Shown here: positions 30,939 to 41,418 of the stretch, piece by piece | Layout of the letters: each line of letters opens with the position of its first letter | How positions within the stretch are numbered: position 1 is the stretch's first letter | DNA from: an uncultured delta proteobacterium | Lineage (GTDB): Bacteria > Desulfobacterota > Desulfarculia > JACQYL01 > CAWGVV01 | Direction of reading: 5' to 3' | Length of the DNA stretch: 64,000 bases | Assembly: GCA_963821845.1 (NCBI GenBank) | Contig: CAWGFI010000021.1 | Span: 38,404-102,403, forward strand | Program-made: the position numbers and the translations under genes | The notes under the pieces: model-generated | Told to the model about the DNA's origin: nothing | Seen by the model: only the letters and a program-made list of their open reading frames with translations | Database searches by the model: none

Positions 30939-32150
30939 ATGATTAACGCAGGTGACACTGCATTTGTTTTGATTGCTTCGGCGCTGGTGCTCCTGATGAC
31001 ACCGGGGCTGGCGCTTTTCTACGGCGGAATGGTGCGCGGAAAAAACGTGCTCGCCACGCTGATGAAAAGCTTTATTTGCATGGCCATCGTAACCGTGGTC
31101 TGGACCTTGTGGGGTTATACCCTGGCTTTCGGACCGGATATCGGAGGAGTTGTCGGCGGGCTGAGCAACTTCGGGCTGGCCGGGGTCGGCGCGGCGCCTT
31201 CCGAAGGCAGTACCATACCGCTTTCGGTCTTCATGGTTTTTCAGCTCATGTTCGCGATTATTACCCCGGCGCTCATATCCGGCGCGATCGTTGAACGCAT
31301 GAAGTTCAGCGCTTTTTGTCTTTTTGTTGTTCTGTGGTCCACGTTCGTTTACAGTCCCCTTGCCCACTGGGTTTGGGGCGGAGGCTGGATCGGCGCCATG
31401 GGAGCCCTGGATTTCGCGGGCGGCACGGTGGTGCACATCAGCTCCGGAACCTCGGCGCTGGCGGCGGCGATTATGTTGGGAAAACGCAGGGGATATCCTC
31501 GTGAGAAGTTCATGCCGCACAACCTGCCCATGTCCGTGCTGGGCGCCGGGCTTTTGTGGTTCGGATGGTTCGGGTTCAACGCCGGCAGCGCGCTGGCCGC
31601 GGACGGACTGGCCGCCACCGCTTTCGTGGCCACGCACATCGCCACCGCGGGCGCGACCCTGTCCTGGCTGATCGCGGAAAAAGTCCACGCCGGCAAGCCC
31701 ACCACCCTGGGCGCCGCGTCGGGCGCGGTCGCGGGGCTGGTCGCCATCACTCCGGCGTGCGGCTACGTGGGACCCATATCGGCCCTGATCATCGGGATCG
31801 GCGGAGGGTTGTTCTGCTACCTGGGCGTACTGATGAAATCACGGCTCGGTTATGACGATTCCCTGGACGTGGTGGGTATTCATGGGGTAGGAGGAACCTG
31901 GGGGGCCCTGGCCACGGGGTTGTTCGCCAGCGTGGCGGTCAATCCCAACGGCGCCAACGGATTGTTCTTCGGCAATCCCGGCCAGCTTTGGATTCAGTTT
32001 GTATCGGTCATTGTCACGATGGTCTTCGCTTTCGTCATGACGGTGATACTTTTCAAAATAGTGGACGCTGTTTATAAAGCGCGCGTGTCCGAGGAAGACG
32101 AAGTGAAAGGTCTCGATCTCACGCAGCACAGTGAGGCCGCTTACACGTAA
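30939..32150 (+). CDS. amtB: Ammonium transporter
   Basis: Amt family signature DTAFVLIASALVLLMTPGLALFYGGMVR and 11 TM helices. Confidence 0.9.
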   Translation: MINAGDTAFVLIASALVLLMTPGLALFYGGMVRGKNVLATLMKSFICMAIVTVVWTLWGYTLAFGPDIGGVVGGLSNFGLAGVGAAPSEGSTIPLSVFMVFQLMFAIITPALISGAIVERMKFSAFCLFVVLWSTFVYSPLAHWVWGGGWIGAMGALDFAGGTVVHISSGTSALAAAIMLGKRRGYPREKFMPHNLPMSVLGAGLLWFGWFGFNAGSALAADGLAATAFVATHIATAGATLSWLIAEKVHAGKPTTLGAASGAVAGLVAITPACGYVGPISALIIGIGGGLFCYLGVLMKSRLGYDDSLDVVGIHGVGGTWGALATGLFASVAVNPNGANGLFFGNPGQLWIQFVSVIVTMVFAFVMTVILFKIVDAVYKARVSEEDEVKGLDLTQHSEAAYT

Positions 32151-32618
<468 letters not shown>

Positions 32619-32834
32619 AATGATTCTCTTTCTATTCCATGGATCGCCGAGGAGCGCGCCACGCGCCGCTCCCCGGCGGTCGAACCGCCCTATACCAAAG
32701 AACGGCGCCGCCCCGTTTTCCCATGCCGGGTGTAAGGAAACGCGCGAAAGACGGGCAAACTGAGATCGCATGATCCCGGATCGATTTTTGACTGTGCGCG
32801 CCCGCCAAGAGTTCTCTCAAGGAAGTAAGGTATT

Positions 32835-35483
32835 ATGGTTTCTCCCGCTATTTCTCCCATCGAGGTCTTGAACCAAACCCGTTCCCAGCTCATGGGCCGT
32901 TTTCTGACCGGCGACGAGCCTCAATTTCTGGATTTGCACGCGGAGGCTTTTGACGAATATTTTCGCAACAGCTTCGAACAGAGCGCCGTCGGTCCCCGGA
33001 TGCGGATCAACAAGAATCCGTACGCCTTTATCGCGCTGGGCGGGTACGGCAGACGCGAACAATGTTTCCATTCCGACGTCGACATACTGGTTCTGTTCAA
33101 GAAACGGGTGCCGACCGAAACCAAGGAACTGGTCCGCGAACTGTTTTACCCGCTCTGGGACATCGGTCTGGAAGTGGGGTACGCGACCCGGAACATCAAG
33201 GAATGCGTGGCCATGTGCGCGGCCGACTACGAAGTCCTTACGTCGCTGCTGGACGCCCGCTTTCTGTGCGGCATGTCCTATCTCTATTCGGACCTCATGG
33301 AAGCCATTCAGGAGAAACTGCTGCGCAAGCACCGCAGGCCCTTCGTGAAATGGATGCGCGAACAGGCCGAGGAGCGGCACGCCAAGTACGGGGATTCCAG
33401 TTACCGGCTCGAACCCAACCTCAAGGAAGGGCTGGGCGGGCTGCGCGATTACCACGCCACCCGGTGGCTGGGACAGATGCTCTACAACGTGCGCACCCCA
33501 CGGGAGTTCGTGTACGCCGAGTTGCTGACCCATCAGGAATACGAAGAGCTTTCAGCGGCGCTCCAGTTTATCTGGAAGGTGCGCAACTGGCTCCATCACC
33601 TGAACGGCCGCAAGACGGACCAGCTTTATTTCGAGTATCAGATCAAGGTGGCCGAGGCCCTGAAGTACCGGAAGGAAAACGACGAAGAGCCGGTGGAGAA
33701 ATTTCTCGGCGTCCTCCACGGACACATGGAACTGGTCAAGCAACAGTTCATGATGTTTCTGCAGCGGGTCGCGCCCCGCTTTAACGGGCTGAAGCTGGTC
33801 AAGCCCCGGAAACGGCTGTCCGTGAGCGGATTGTACCTCGACCAGGACCGTATAGAATTCGATTCCCCCGAGGCCATCCTCGAAAAGCCGCATCTGCTGG
33901 TAAAAATATTCGAGCAATCCTCACGCCTGGATCTTCCCCTGAGCATCGACGCCAAACGGCTGACTCGCGAATTTTCCTACCTCATCGACGATGATTACCG
34001 TTCCGACCCCTCGGTGGTGAAGGCCTTGAACCGCATTCTGCAAGGCCCTCCCAAGACGTTCAGCGTGCTCAACGAGATGTTCTATACGGGCGTCATGCCC
34101 GAACTCATTCCGGAACTGAAGACCATCATCGACCGCGTGCAATACGACGCGTTCCACGTGTATCCCGTTGACAAGCATTGCCTACGCGCCGTCCAGTTTG
34201 CTGAAAAAATTCTCGGAAGCCACGGAAAACCACGAGCACGAACTTTTCGGAAAACTCTTCAGGGATCTGAAACGGCCCGACCTGCTCGTCTGGGCCACGC
34301 TCTTCCACGATGTCGGGAAAGGGACAGCGAGGAGGGGACCACGCCGCAACCGGCGCCGAAATCGTCAAGACCATCTTCGGGCGCATGAAATTTCCCCAGC
34401 AGGATATCGACACCATATCCTTCCTCATCAGGGAACACCTGTTGCTGGTACATACCAGCCAGGGGCGGGACATCAACGACGAGGTCGAAGTAATCCAATG
34501 CGCGCGCAAGATTCCGGACATCGAACGGCTGAAGATGCTCTATCTGCTCACGGTCGCCGACTCCATGGCCACCGGTCCCAAAGCGTGGAACGATTGGGCG
34601 GATATTCTTTACCGCGAACTGTTCTTCAAGGTTTTGCGGATTCTGGAACGCGGCGAATTGGCCACGCCCAAGGCCACGGAAGGTTTTGAAAAGAAAAAGG
34701 AGGCGGTGCTGTCGGCCGGCCCCCTTCCTCCCGACGAGCTGGCCCGGGTTTTCGATTACATGTCGCCCCGGTACGTGCCTCTACACCTCCGTGAAGGACA
34801 TGCTCCGCCACATCGATCTGTATAAAGAGCTGGGCGCGCGGCCGGTGGTTTGGGAAATCAAAAAGCATTCGCGCGGAAGCCTACCGCATCGTCACCCTGT
34901 GTGCGCGCGACCGGCCGGGTTTGATTTCCAAGATTTCAGGGGTATTCACCCTGAACAACTTGGATATCCTGAACGTGCAGGCCTACACCTGGCGAAACCG
35001 CGTCGCGCTGGACATTTTCATCGTGAAAGCTCCCATTGACATCTACCGGGAGGAGGAAATCTGGAAGCGCGCCGAAGACCAGTTGATGTCGGCCCTGGCG
35101 GACGGGCTGGATTTGAGCGTGGCCTTGAGCGAAAAGTTCAAGAACCAGCTGTTCACCAAGGAGCAGATCGGTCTGAAAAAGCCCCGGGTGGTGATCGACA
35201 ACGAGTCTTCGGCGTTTTTCACCATCATCGAGGCCTACGCCCACGATTACCCCGGTCTCCTGTTCCGCCTGTCGGACGCGCTCTACCGCTGCAAGCTGGA
35301 CGTGCGGGTGGCCAAGATCGGCACCAAGGTGGACCAGGCGCTCGACGTCTTTTACGTGCGCGACCTGGATGGACAGAAGGTCACCGACCGAGGACGCGGC
35401 TCGACGCCATCCGGGAAGCGTTGGACCCGGTCATCAACGCCGAATCCCCGGTCATCAAGGAGCTGATTCCCGCTGTTTCGTAG
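32835..35483 (+). pseudogene. glnD: [Protein-PII] uridylyltransferase GlnD interrupted by about 5 single-base frameshifts between ~34200 and ~35395
   Basis: The NTase domain (GGYGRREQCFHSDVDILVLF) is intact in ORF 32835... The HD domain (LFHDVGKG | QRGGDHAATGAEIV), linker, two ACT domains (EAYRIVTLCARDRPGLISKISGVF...) and the terminal RLDAIREALDPVINAESPVIKELIPAVS are recovered only by switching frames at ~34205 (A6 run), ~34318 (GGG/AAA), ~34793 (CC), ~34882 (GG) and ~35390 (CC). Confidence 0.8.
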
Positions 35484-35554
35484 GGCGCGATTTTTCACGT
35501 TAAAAAAAAATCGTGGGGATATCTCGGGTCGTCATTTCGAGCGCGGCGTGAAAT

Positions 35555-35602
35555 CTCACGCAGGGGGCGCGTGGGAAGAGACCCCCGTGAGGTTCTTTTT
35601 TT
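35555..35602 (+). terminator. Rho-independent terminator after glnD (bulged GC stem + T8)
   Basis: CTCACGCAGGGGG...CCCCCGTGAG stem followed by GTTCTTTTTTTT. Confidence 0.5.
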
Positions 35603-35645
35603 TACGCCTTCAGCGACAACCTCTTCGTAGTGGGCGGGGACGCTC

Positions 35646-36467
35646 TCAGGATTTGGCTTTCAGCGAGCTTCGAGCCACATTCCACAGGGTGGAGACGAAG
35701 AATACCGCCGCGGCGGTCATGATGATGGTCGCGCCCGAGGTGAGGTTGAAGGAGTAGGAAAGAAACAGGCCGGTTACCACACAGAACATGCTGATCACCG
35801 TGGAAAGCAGCATCATGCCCAAAAGCGAACCGCAGTACCGCTCCGAAACGTACGGGGGAATGGTCAGCAGGGCGATGACCAGGATGAGGCCCACCACGCG
35901 GATGATCATCACCACGGACAGCGCGGTCATGACCAGCAGAATGATGTAGAGGGCGCTTACGGGCACGCCCCGCACGCGGGCGAATTCCTCGTCATAGGAC
36001 AGAGCCAGGAAATTGCGGTAGAACACCATCACCGTGAGGCAGATCAGCAGATCCAGCCCGCCCATGATGTAGATGTCCTGTTGGGGCACGGTCAGGATGG
36101 AACCGAACAGATAGCTCATGAGGTCCACGTTGTAGCCGGGGGTCAGGTCGATGAGAATGATCCCCAGGGCCATGCCCACCGCCCACAGCACGCCAATGAT
36201 GGTGTCGGCCCGGTGTTTCTGGCGCAGGGTCACCAGGGCGATGATGAGCGCGATCAGCAGCGAGAACCCCATGGCGCCCAGCATGGGGGCGAAACCGAAA
36301 AAGAAGGCCAGGCCGATCCCCCCGTAGGAAGCGTGGGCGATGCCGCCGGAAATGAACACGATGCGGTTGACCACCACGTAGGCGCCGATGACGCCGCAGG
36401 CCACGCTGGCCAAGAGACCGGCGAACAGGGCGTTTCGCATGAACTCGAACTGCAGCGCCTCGATCAT
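35646..36467 (-). CDS. znuB: Metal ABC transporter permease (ABC-3 family, ZnuB/MntB-like)
   Basis: About 8 TM helices with ABC-3 family features. Overlaps the znuC stop. Confidence 0.8.
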   Translation of the reverse strand: MIEALQFEFMRNALFAGLLASVACGVIGAYVVVNRIVFISGGIAHASYGGIGLAFFFGFAPMLGAMGFSLLIALIIALVTLRQKHRADTIIGVLWAVGMALGIILIDLTPGYNVDLMSYLFGSILTVPQQDIYIMGGLDLLICLTVMVFYRNFLALSYDEEFARVRGVPVSALYIILLVMTALSVVMIIRVVGLILVIALLTIPPYVSERYCGSLLGMMLLSTVISMFCVVTGLFLSYSFNLTSGATIIMTAAAVFFVSTLWNVARSSLKAKS

Positions 36468-37228
36468 GATTTGTCCTCATGATCGGCCAGAACCCTGTGG
36501 GGAATGCCGTGAGCCAGCAGCTCGACCGCGCACGGATAGGCCCTTTCCATCATTTCCGGCGTTATTTCACTCTTATCGTGGTAATGGAGCGTTTGCGCCA
36601 CGCAGGCCACGGATTCGATATAGGTATGCAGGACGCTGATATCGTGCGTCACGATGACGATGGTCATGGTTTTGTTGAGTTCCTTGAGCAGCTCGTATAA
36701 TTCCGCCTGCCCTTCGACGTCCACGCTGGAGGTGGGTTCGTCCATGATCAGAATCTTGGGGTCCGCGGCGAGCGCCCGCGCGATGAATACCCGCTGTATC
36801 TGGCCTCCGGAGAGATCGCCGATCCTGCGGGCGCGGTATTGCCAGACGCCCATGCGCTCCAGCGCCTGGCGGGCGAGTTCACGGTCGTGGACGGAATAGC
36901 GCAGTTTGCCGCCCGCGCCGCTCAGCCTGCCCATGAGCGCCACATCCAGCGCCGATATGGGGAATTCCCGGTTGACGTGGGTGTCCTGGGGAACGTAGCC
37001 GATCAGATGCGACGTATGCCGGGGCAGTTTGCCCATGACCCGGATTTCGCCCCGGTCCGGTTTGAGGATACCCAGGATCAGTTTGACCAGGGTGGTCTTG
37101 CCGCCCCCGTTGGGTCCGATCACGGCGAGGAAATCGCCCTGATCGATGGTGAGGTCCACGGCCTGCAGCACGTGCGGCCCGGTATAGGAAAACCATAGGT
37201 TATGCGTTTCGATCGCCGGTGGTTCCAT
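36464..37228 (-). CDS. znuC: Metal ABC transporter ATP-binding protein (ZnuC-like)
   Basis: Walker A GPNGGGKTT, signature LSGGQIQR, Walker B ILIMDEP. Start at MEPPAIETHN with a GAGAGG SD. Confidence 0.8.
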   Translation of the reverse strand: MEPPAIETHNLWFSYTGPHVLQAVDLTIDQGDFLAVIGPNGGGKTTLVKLILGILKPDRGEIRVMGKLPRHTSHLIGYVPQDTHVNREFPISALDVALMGRLSGAGGKLRYSVHDRELARQALERMGVWQYRARRIGDLSGGQIQRVFIARALAADPKILIMDEPTSSVDVEGQAELYELLKELNKTMTIVIVTHDISVLHTYIESVACVAQTLHYHDKSEITPEMMERAYPCAVELLAHGIPHRVLADHEDKS

Positions 37229-37404
37229 AGCGCCTCTCGGTTTTTTAACGTCGCCTTCAGCCGCCGTTTCCGGCGCTGTCGATCGACCATGTCTGAGTGT
37301 AACGGTAGCCGGCGTTTCGCGCAACCACGATATGGCGCGACGGGAGAACACAGTTTGCCGTTTTCACGGGAGTTGTTATCTATAGGACATGAATTGAGAT
37401 AAAA

Positions 37405-37421
37405 ATGCAACCATGTTGCAT
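37405..37421. promoter_or_regulatory. Perfect 7-3-7 inverted repeat ATGCAAC-CAT-GTTGCAT in the znuCB upstream region (candidate metalloregulator operator)
   Basis: Seen directly in the sequence, ~180 bp upstream of the znuC start, in an AT-rich segment. Confidence 0.3.
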
Positions 37422-37652
37422 TGATGTCAAGAGCAAATCGAGCGTCCCCGTTCATCGAGGTTTTCCTGTATTCAACCGTAAGGGTTTACTGTATTTTTCT
37501 TCGCGAATCGCCGTATTTTTCCCTATACATTCCAGGCCTGATGTGTTAGAAAGTCAGAGCTGTTTTACCTAAAATGGCTTCAATCTCCGCAAATACCTCT
37601 TGTTGTCGCTCCCGTTACGTCTCCTGAAGTGGTCCAAAATTTGCTACGAGAT

Positions 37653-39124
37653 ATGCAAAGAACTAAAAAAAATACTGGAGTCGCGTTATTTCTCGTATCA
37701 AACCCTCTCGTCACCCTGAATCGTTCGCCGGACTTCTTTTCAGGCGCCTCGCGCCGGCCATCCTGCTCATCGGTTTCCTCACCGTAACCTCGGCGTTCGG
37801 TTTCTCCCCGATCAAGGCTTCGGCCCAACCGACCGCGGCTCAGAGCCTGATTCTCGGAAAAATCGATAGCGTGTATCTCTACTGCGTGGAAAACGGCGCC
37901 GTGAATCGGCTCCTGTTTACCCGCGAAGACCTCTCTACCCTGCCCGATCTCCGGGTCAGCGGCTATGTGTGGGGAATCGTGGCCTTCTGCGACCCCGACG
38001 TGACCGCCTCGGCGCAGGGAAAAGCGCTGACCAGGGTAGCGGCCAACGACGCCAACGCCTACCCCATAAAATACTTCGGCGCCATTCCGTCCCACGGGCT
38101 GTCGGCCGCGACCGGTCTCGACGAAAAGGACGCGAGCAAGCTGAACGCGTACTCACTGTTCCCCATGGTGCAAGGCGACGCCCTGATTTACGCGGACGAG
38201 TTCACGCTTTCCTTCCAGGAGGGAACCGAGCGGTTCGCCATTCCGGTGCGCCAGAACGGATGCCGGCAATTTTGTTCCTTTTTTCCCGAAGACGTCAACC
38301 GGCAACTGAAATTCAACTACCTGGGCGGCGCCCCCGAGGACATGCGTGTTCGTCCCGATGACTTGCAGGAAAGCTTGCGGGCGGTGGAAAAAGGGGTTCA
38401 CGACGTGGAGTCGCTCTTCCGGATGAACCTGATCGACAAGGTCAACGTCCTGGAATTCAACCAGGCCTACGGCGGTGTGACCGCCGACGACAGCGACCGC
38501 TCCATGTGGCTGTACAACCGTGTTTTCGAGAACGAGTCGCCCCTTGAATTGATGCACATGGCTTCTCACGAGACACTCCACCAATATGTCATGGCCATGG
38601 GATGGACCCGATACACGCCGGTCCGGGAGCTTTTCAGCGACCTTAAGGGGTATGACGCGTTCTCGCGCGAAAGATTTCTCCTGGTCACTCAAGGCGTGGC
38701 GCCCAAGGCCCCGGCCGAATCGCCGGACAAGGATCTCTTCTTCGCCGTTATCGACGAGAGAAATTTTCTGGAAGGCGCCCGGGGCGGTCACTCCCAGCTC
38801 GACCTGGACGAGTTCTGCGCCTCTTTCTTCCATTCGCTCATGTATGTGGATCGTCTTGAAAACGTCCTGGCCAAAAAAATACACCTGACACCGGGCAAGA
38901 ACGATCGGGGCAAGATCCTGACAAGAGCGGAAAAAAGCCGCATCCTCGATCGATACGCTCGAACCATCCAATGCTTTCTGGACGCGCTCAACGAGGCTCG
39001 GCCGAGTGACGGCGCCCTGCGCGCGGACCCCACCAGACAGGCGCTGGAGCATGGGTTGAAGGTCGTGCGTTCCATCCAGGCGGACTCCGAAAACAGGCTT
39101 GCGCGCAAGTCGGATCAAACCTGA
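37653..39124 (+). CDS. Hypothetical secreted protein; N-terminal signal peptide recovered only by adding one A to the A8 run at 37665-37672
   Basis: The ORF track starts at a GTG (37871). The same frame is open back to 37667 and encodes LLFRRLAPAILLIGFLTVTSAFGFSPIKASAQP, a signal peptide with an AxA site. The ATG at 37653 (MQRTKK...) joins it if the poly-A run is 9 rather than 8. Confidence 0.45.
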
Positions 39125-39682
39125 CAGGATTCCTCGTTTCCTTGATCAGCGGCCGTCCTCCGCTTCCTTTTTTCCCGTTTTTTATCCGCAAAAAGATACG
39201 ACCGCCGCGCCGTAGGGTATGCGCTGTAAAAAAAAGCGGTCCATACTTGAGTCGGAATACCTGACAGACTTGAAGCCGGCCGTTCGTACGGCTTGCGCGG
39301 CGGCCCTTCGGTCATGAAACCACGATAATCAATAAATGGACGCCGTATCCGGCCGGCGCCGGGCATAAAGACGCCTGTACGCCCCTTCCCGGCCCTGAAA
39401 ACGTCCCCGGCCTTTCGACGCGCGGCCTTTGGTCCCCGGAGATTCGTCCCCGCCAATTAAGCAGAAAACATCACAATTACAACTATATAGCTCGAAACAG
39501 CGGTTCCTGAAACCGGGGCTCGCGGTGTTTTTTTCTACCAAGGATAACCGCCCCAAATACAAAGACCCGTGTATGTCCGGCCTTCCTTCATCGCTACTAT
39601 AATGCGTATAAATAGAGGGCGATTTCATTAAGAGTCGCTCATGACCACAAGGCGTCAGGCGCCTGACAGGGAGGATTCGTCC

Positions 39683-40270
39683 ATGAAAAAAATCAGCATG
39701 GTTCTTGGTGTTCTTTTTTTGGGAGCGCTTTTAGCGGCTCCGGTTATCGCCGCCGATATGAGCAACCAGAGCGGGCAGACCGAAACCGTGGCGCCGCCCC
39801 AGGGCGCGTCCAATCCGGAATGGAGAACCCGCCAGATGCAGGAAAACGTCCAGGGCCAGTCCATGATGGGTTCGACCGCCAGTTACAACATGAAGGACAA
39901 AAAGGTCCAGACCTCTCAGGGTGAAGACATCGGCAAGGTCGAGGATGTCATCGTCGGTTCCAACGGCCGGGTGAAATACCTCATCGTCAGCCACGGCGGC
40001 GCCATGGGATTCGGCGGCAAATTGACGCCCGTTCCCTGGAATGTAGTGGCCGGCTACGATGAAAAAGCCATCACGTTGAATGTCGACAAGAGCAGGCTCG
40101 ATCAGGCCCCCACCATTTCGGAAAACGAATACAGCCAGCTCAATTCGCCCGAATGGAACCAGAAGGTGCATAGTTATTACGGCGAGATGGGAACCGGCCA
40201 GGGCATGAAGAGCGAGCAGCCCGGAATGATGGAGCGAAAAGACAACGGCATGAAGCAAAAAAGCGAATAA
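39683..40270 (+). CDS. PRC-barrel domain periplasmic protein with Met-rich segments
   Basis: Signal peptide MKKISMVLGVLFLGALLAAPVIAA. PRC-barrel core VIVGSNGRVKYLIVSHGG...LTPVPW. Met-rich segments QSMMG and GQGMKSEQPGMMERKDNGMKQ. GGGAGGA SD. Confidence 0.7.
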   Translation: MKKISMVLGVLFLGALLAAPVIAADMSNQSGQTETVAPPQGASNPEWRTRQMQENVQGQSMMGSTASYNMKDKKVQTSQGEDIGKVEDVIVGSNGRVKYLIVSHGGAMGFGGKLTPVPWNVVAGYDEKAITLNVDKSRLDQAPTISENEYSQLNSPEWNQKVHSYYGEMGTGQGMKSEQPGMMERKDNGMKQKSE

Positions 40271-40334
40271 CACCCATTCACCGTTCCGCCCGGAGTTGTT
40301 ACGGGGTCGGGTCGATGGTCCCGCAGTGATCGCA

Positions 40335-40367
40335 AGGGGAAGAAAACAGCTTCCCCTTTTCTTTTTT
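40335..40367 (+). terminator. Rho-independent terminator (AGGGGAAG..CTTCCCCT + T-run)
   Basis: 8-bp stem followed by TTTTCTTTTTT, 65 nt after the stop of the first PRC-barrel gene. Confidence 0.55.
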
Positions 40368-40568
40368 GTAACCCCTGGTAACTCCATGGTTAGATGGCGC
40401 CCCGGACGGACGAATTGCCTAATTTACATGGGAATCAGCGCTTAAATACCAAAACTTTTGTACGTGCGCTCCGGGAAGAAGTGACTATATTGTTTGCAAA
40501 TAGGGAACGTTACGAGGGAAACGGTCTACAAAATTGTTACTATGAGTTATTCAGAGGAGTAGTTAACG

Positions 40569-41168
40569 ATGAATAAACTTAGTTTAATTATATGCATGCT
40601 CTTTTTGGGGGCGCTGATCGCGACGCCGGTTTTTGCCGGCGACAAGGCGCCATATAGCGGTAGCAACGAAGAAATGACGACGCCCCAAGGCGCTTCGAAT
40701 CCGGGATGGCGAATGAACTCGGAACGCGAACACGCGGTAACTCCCGGCGGCGCCGGCATGATGAGTTCGACCGAAAGTTTCGGTATTAATGGCAAGAAGG
40801 TCGTAAGCTCTCAGGGCGAAGACTTGGGGTCCGTTAAAGACGTGATCGTCGGATCCAACGGCCGCGTGGACTACATCATTGTCAGCCACGGCGGAGCGCT
40901 TGGTTTTGGCGACAAGCTGACTCCCGTTCCCTGGAACATGGTGACGGGAACCGAAGGCGACACCATCACGCTGAACGTGACCAAGGATCGTCTGGCCCAG
41001 GCCCCGACCATCCCATCCGGTGAATATGCGCAGTTCAATACGCCGGAATGGAACCGGAAAGTACACGGTTATTATGGCCAGGATTACAATGGAACGTCCG
41101 GCTTTATGCCCGGCATGAGCGACCGTCCGGGAATGCAGCAGGAACGCAATCGAATGATGAACGACTAA
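40569..41168 (+). CDS. PRC-barrel domain periplasmic protein (paralog of 39683..40270) with Met-rich segments
   Basis: Same architecture as its neighbour (VIVGSNGRVDYIIVSHGGALGFGDKLTPVPWN), with GAGMMSST and GFMPGMSDRPGMQQERNRMM. GAGGAG SD. Confidence 0.7.
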   Translation: MNKLSLIICMLFLGALIATPVFAGDKAPYSGSNEEMTTPQGASNPGWRMNSEREHAVTPGGAGMMSSTESFGINGKKVVSSQGEDLGSVKDVIVGSNGRVDYIIVSHGGALGFGDKLTPVPWNMVTGTEGDTITLNVTKDRLAQAPTIPSGEYAQFNTPEWNRKVHGYYGQDYNGTSGFMPGMSDRPGMQQERNRMMND

Positions 41169-41201
41169 CCGAAGACTCAAGGCAAACGCCATAAAAGCCG
41201 A

Positions 41202-41230
41202 ACGGGGAAGCGAGGGCTTCCCCGTTTCAG
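41202..41230 (+). terminator. Hairpin ACGGGGAAGC-gagg-GCTTCCCCGT after second PRC-barrel gene (weak T tract)
   Basis: 10-bp perfect stem; only a short TTT follows it. Confidence 0.4.
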
Positions 41231-41418
41231 ACTGTTGAAAAAGTCCCCACTTCGTCGCCCCGGCCCCGTATCGCGGTACGGGATAGACTCCAGCCGGGGT
41301 CCGGAATTATTTGAAAATACTGGATTCCGCGATCAAGTCGCGGAATGACGAAGCATACTAGACGGGTTTGTCAACACACTCAGACGGTGATATTCCCCGT
41401 CTTCTCGTTTCGAGCCTC

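Noticed and set aside
34168-35466. Three separate mid-sized ORFs (34168..34689, 34310..34825, 34921..35466) and 34686..35039
   Set aside because: They are fragments of glnD in shifted frames (HD and ACT domains), not separate genes.
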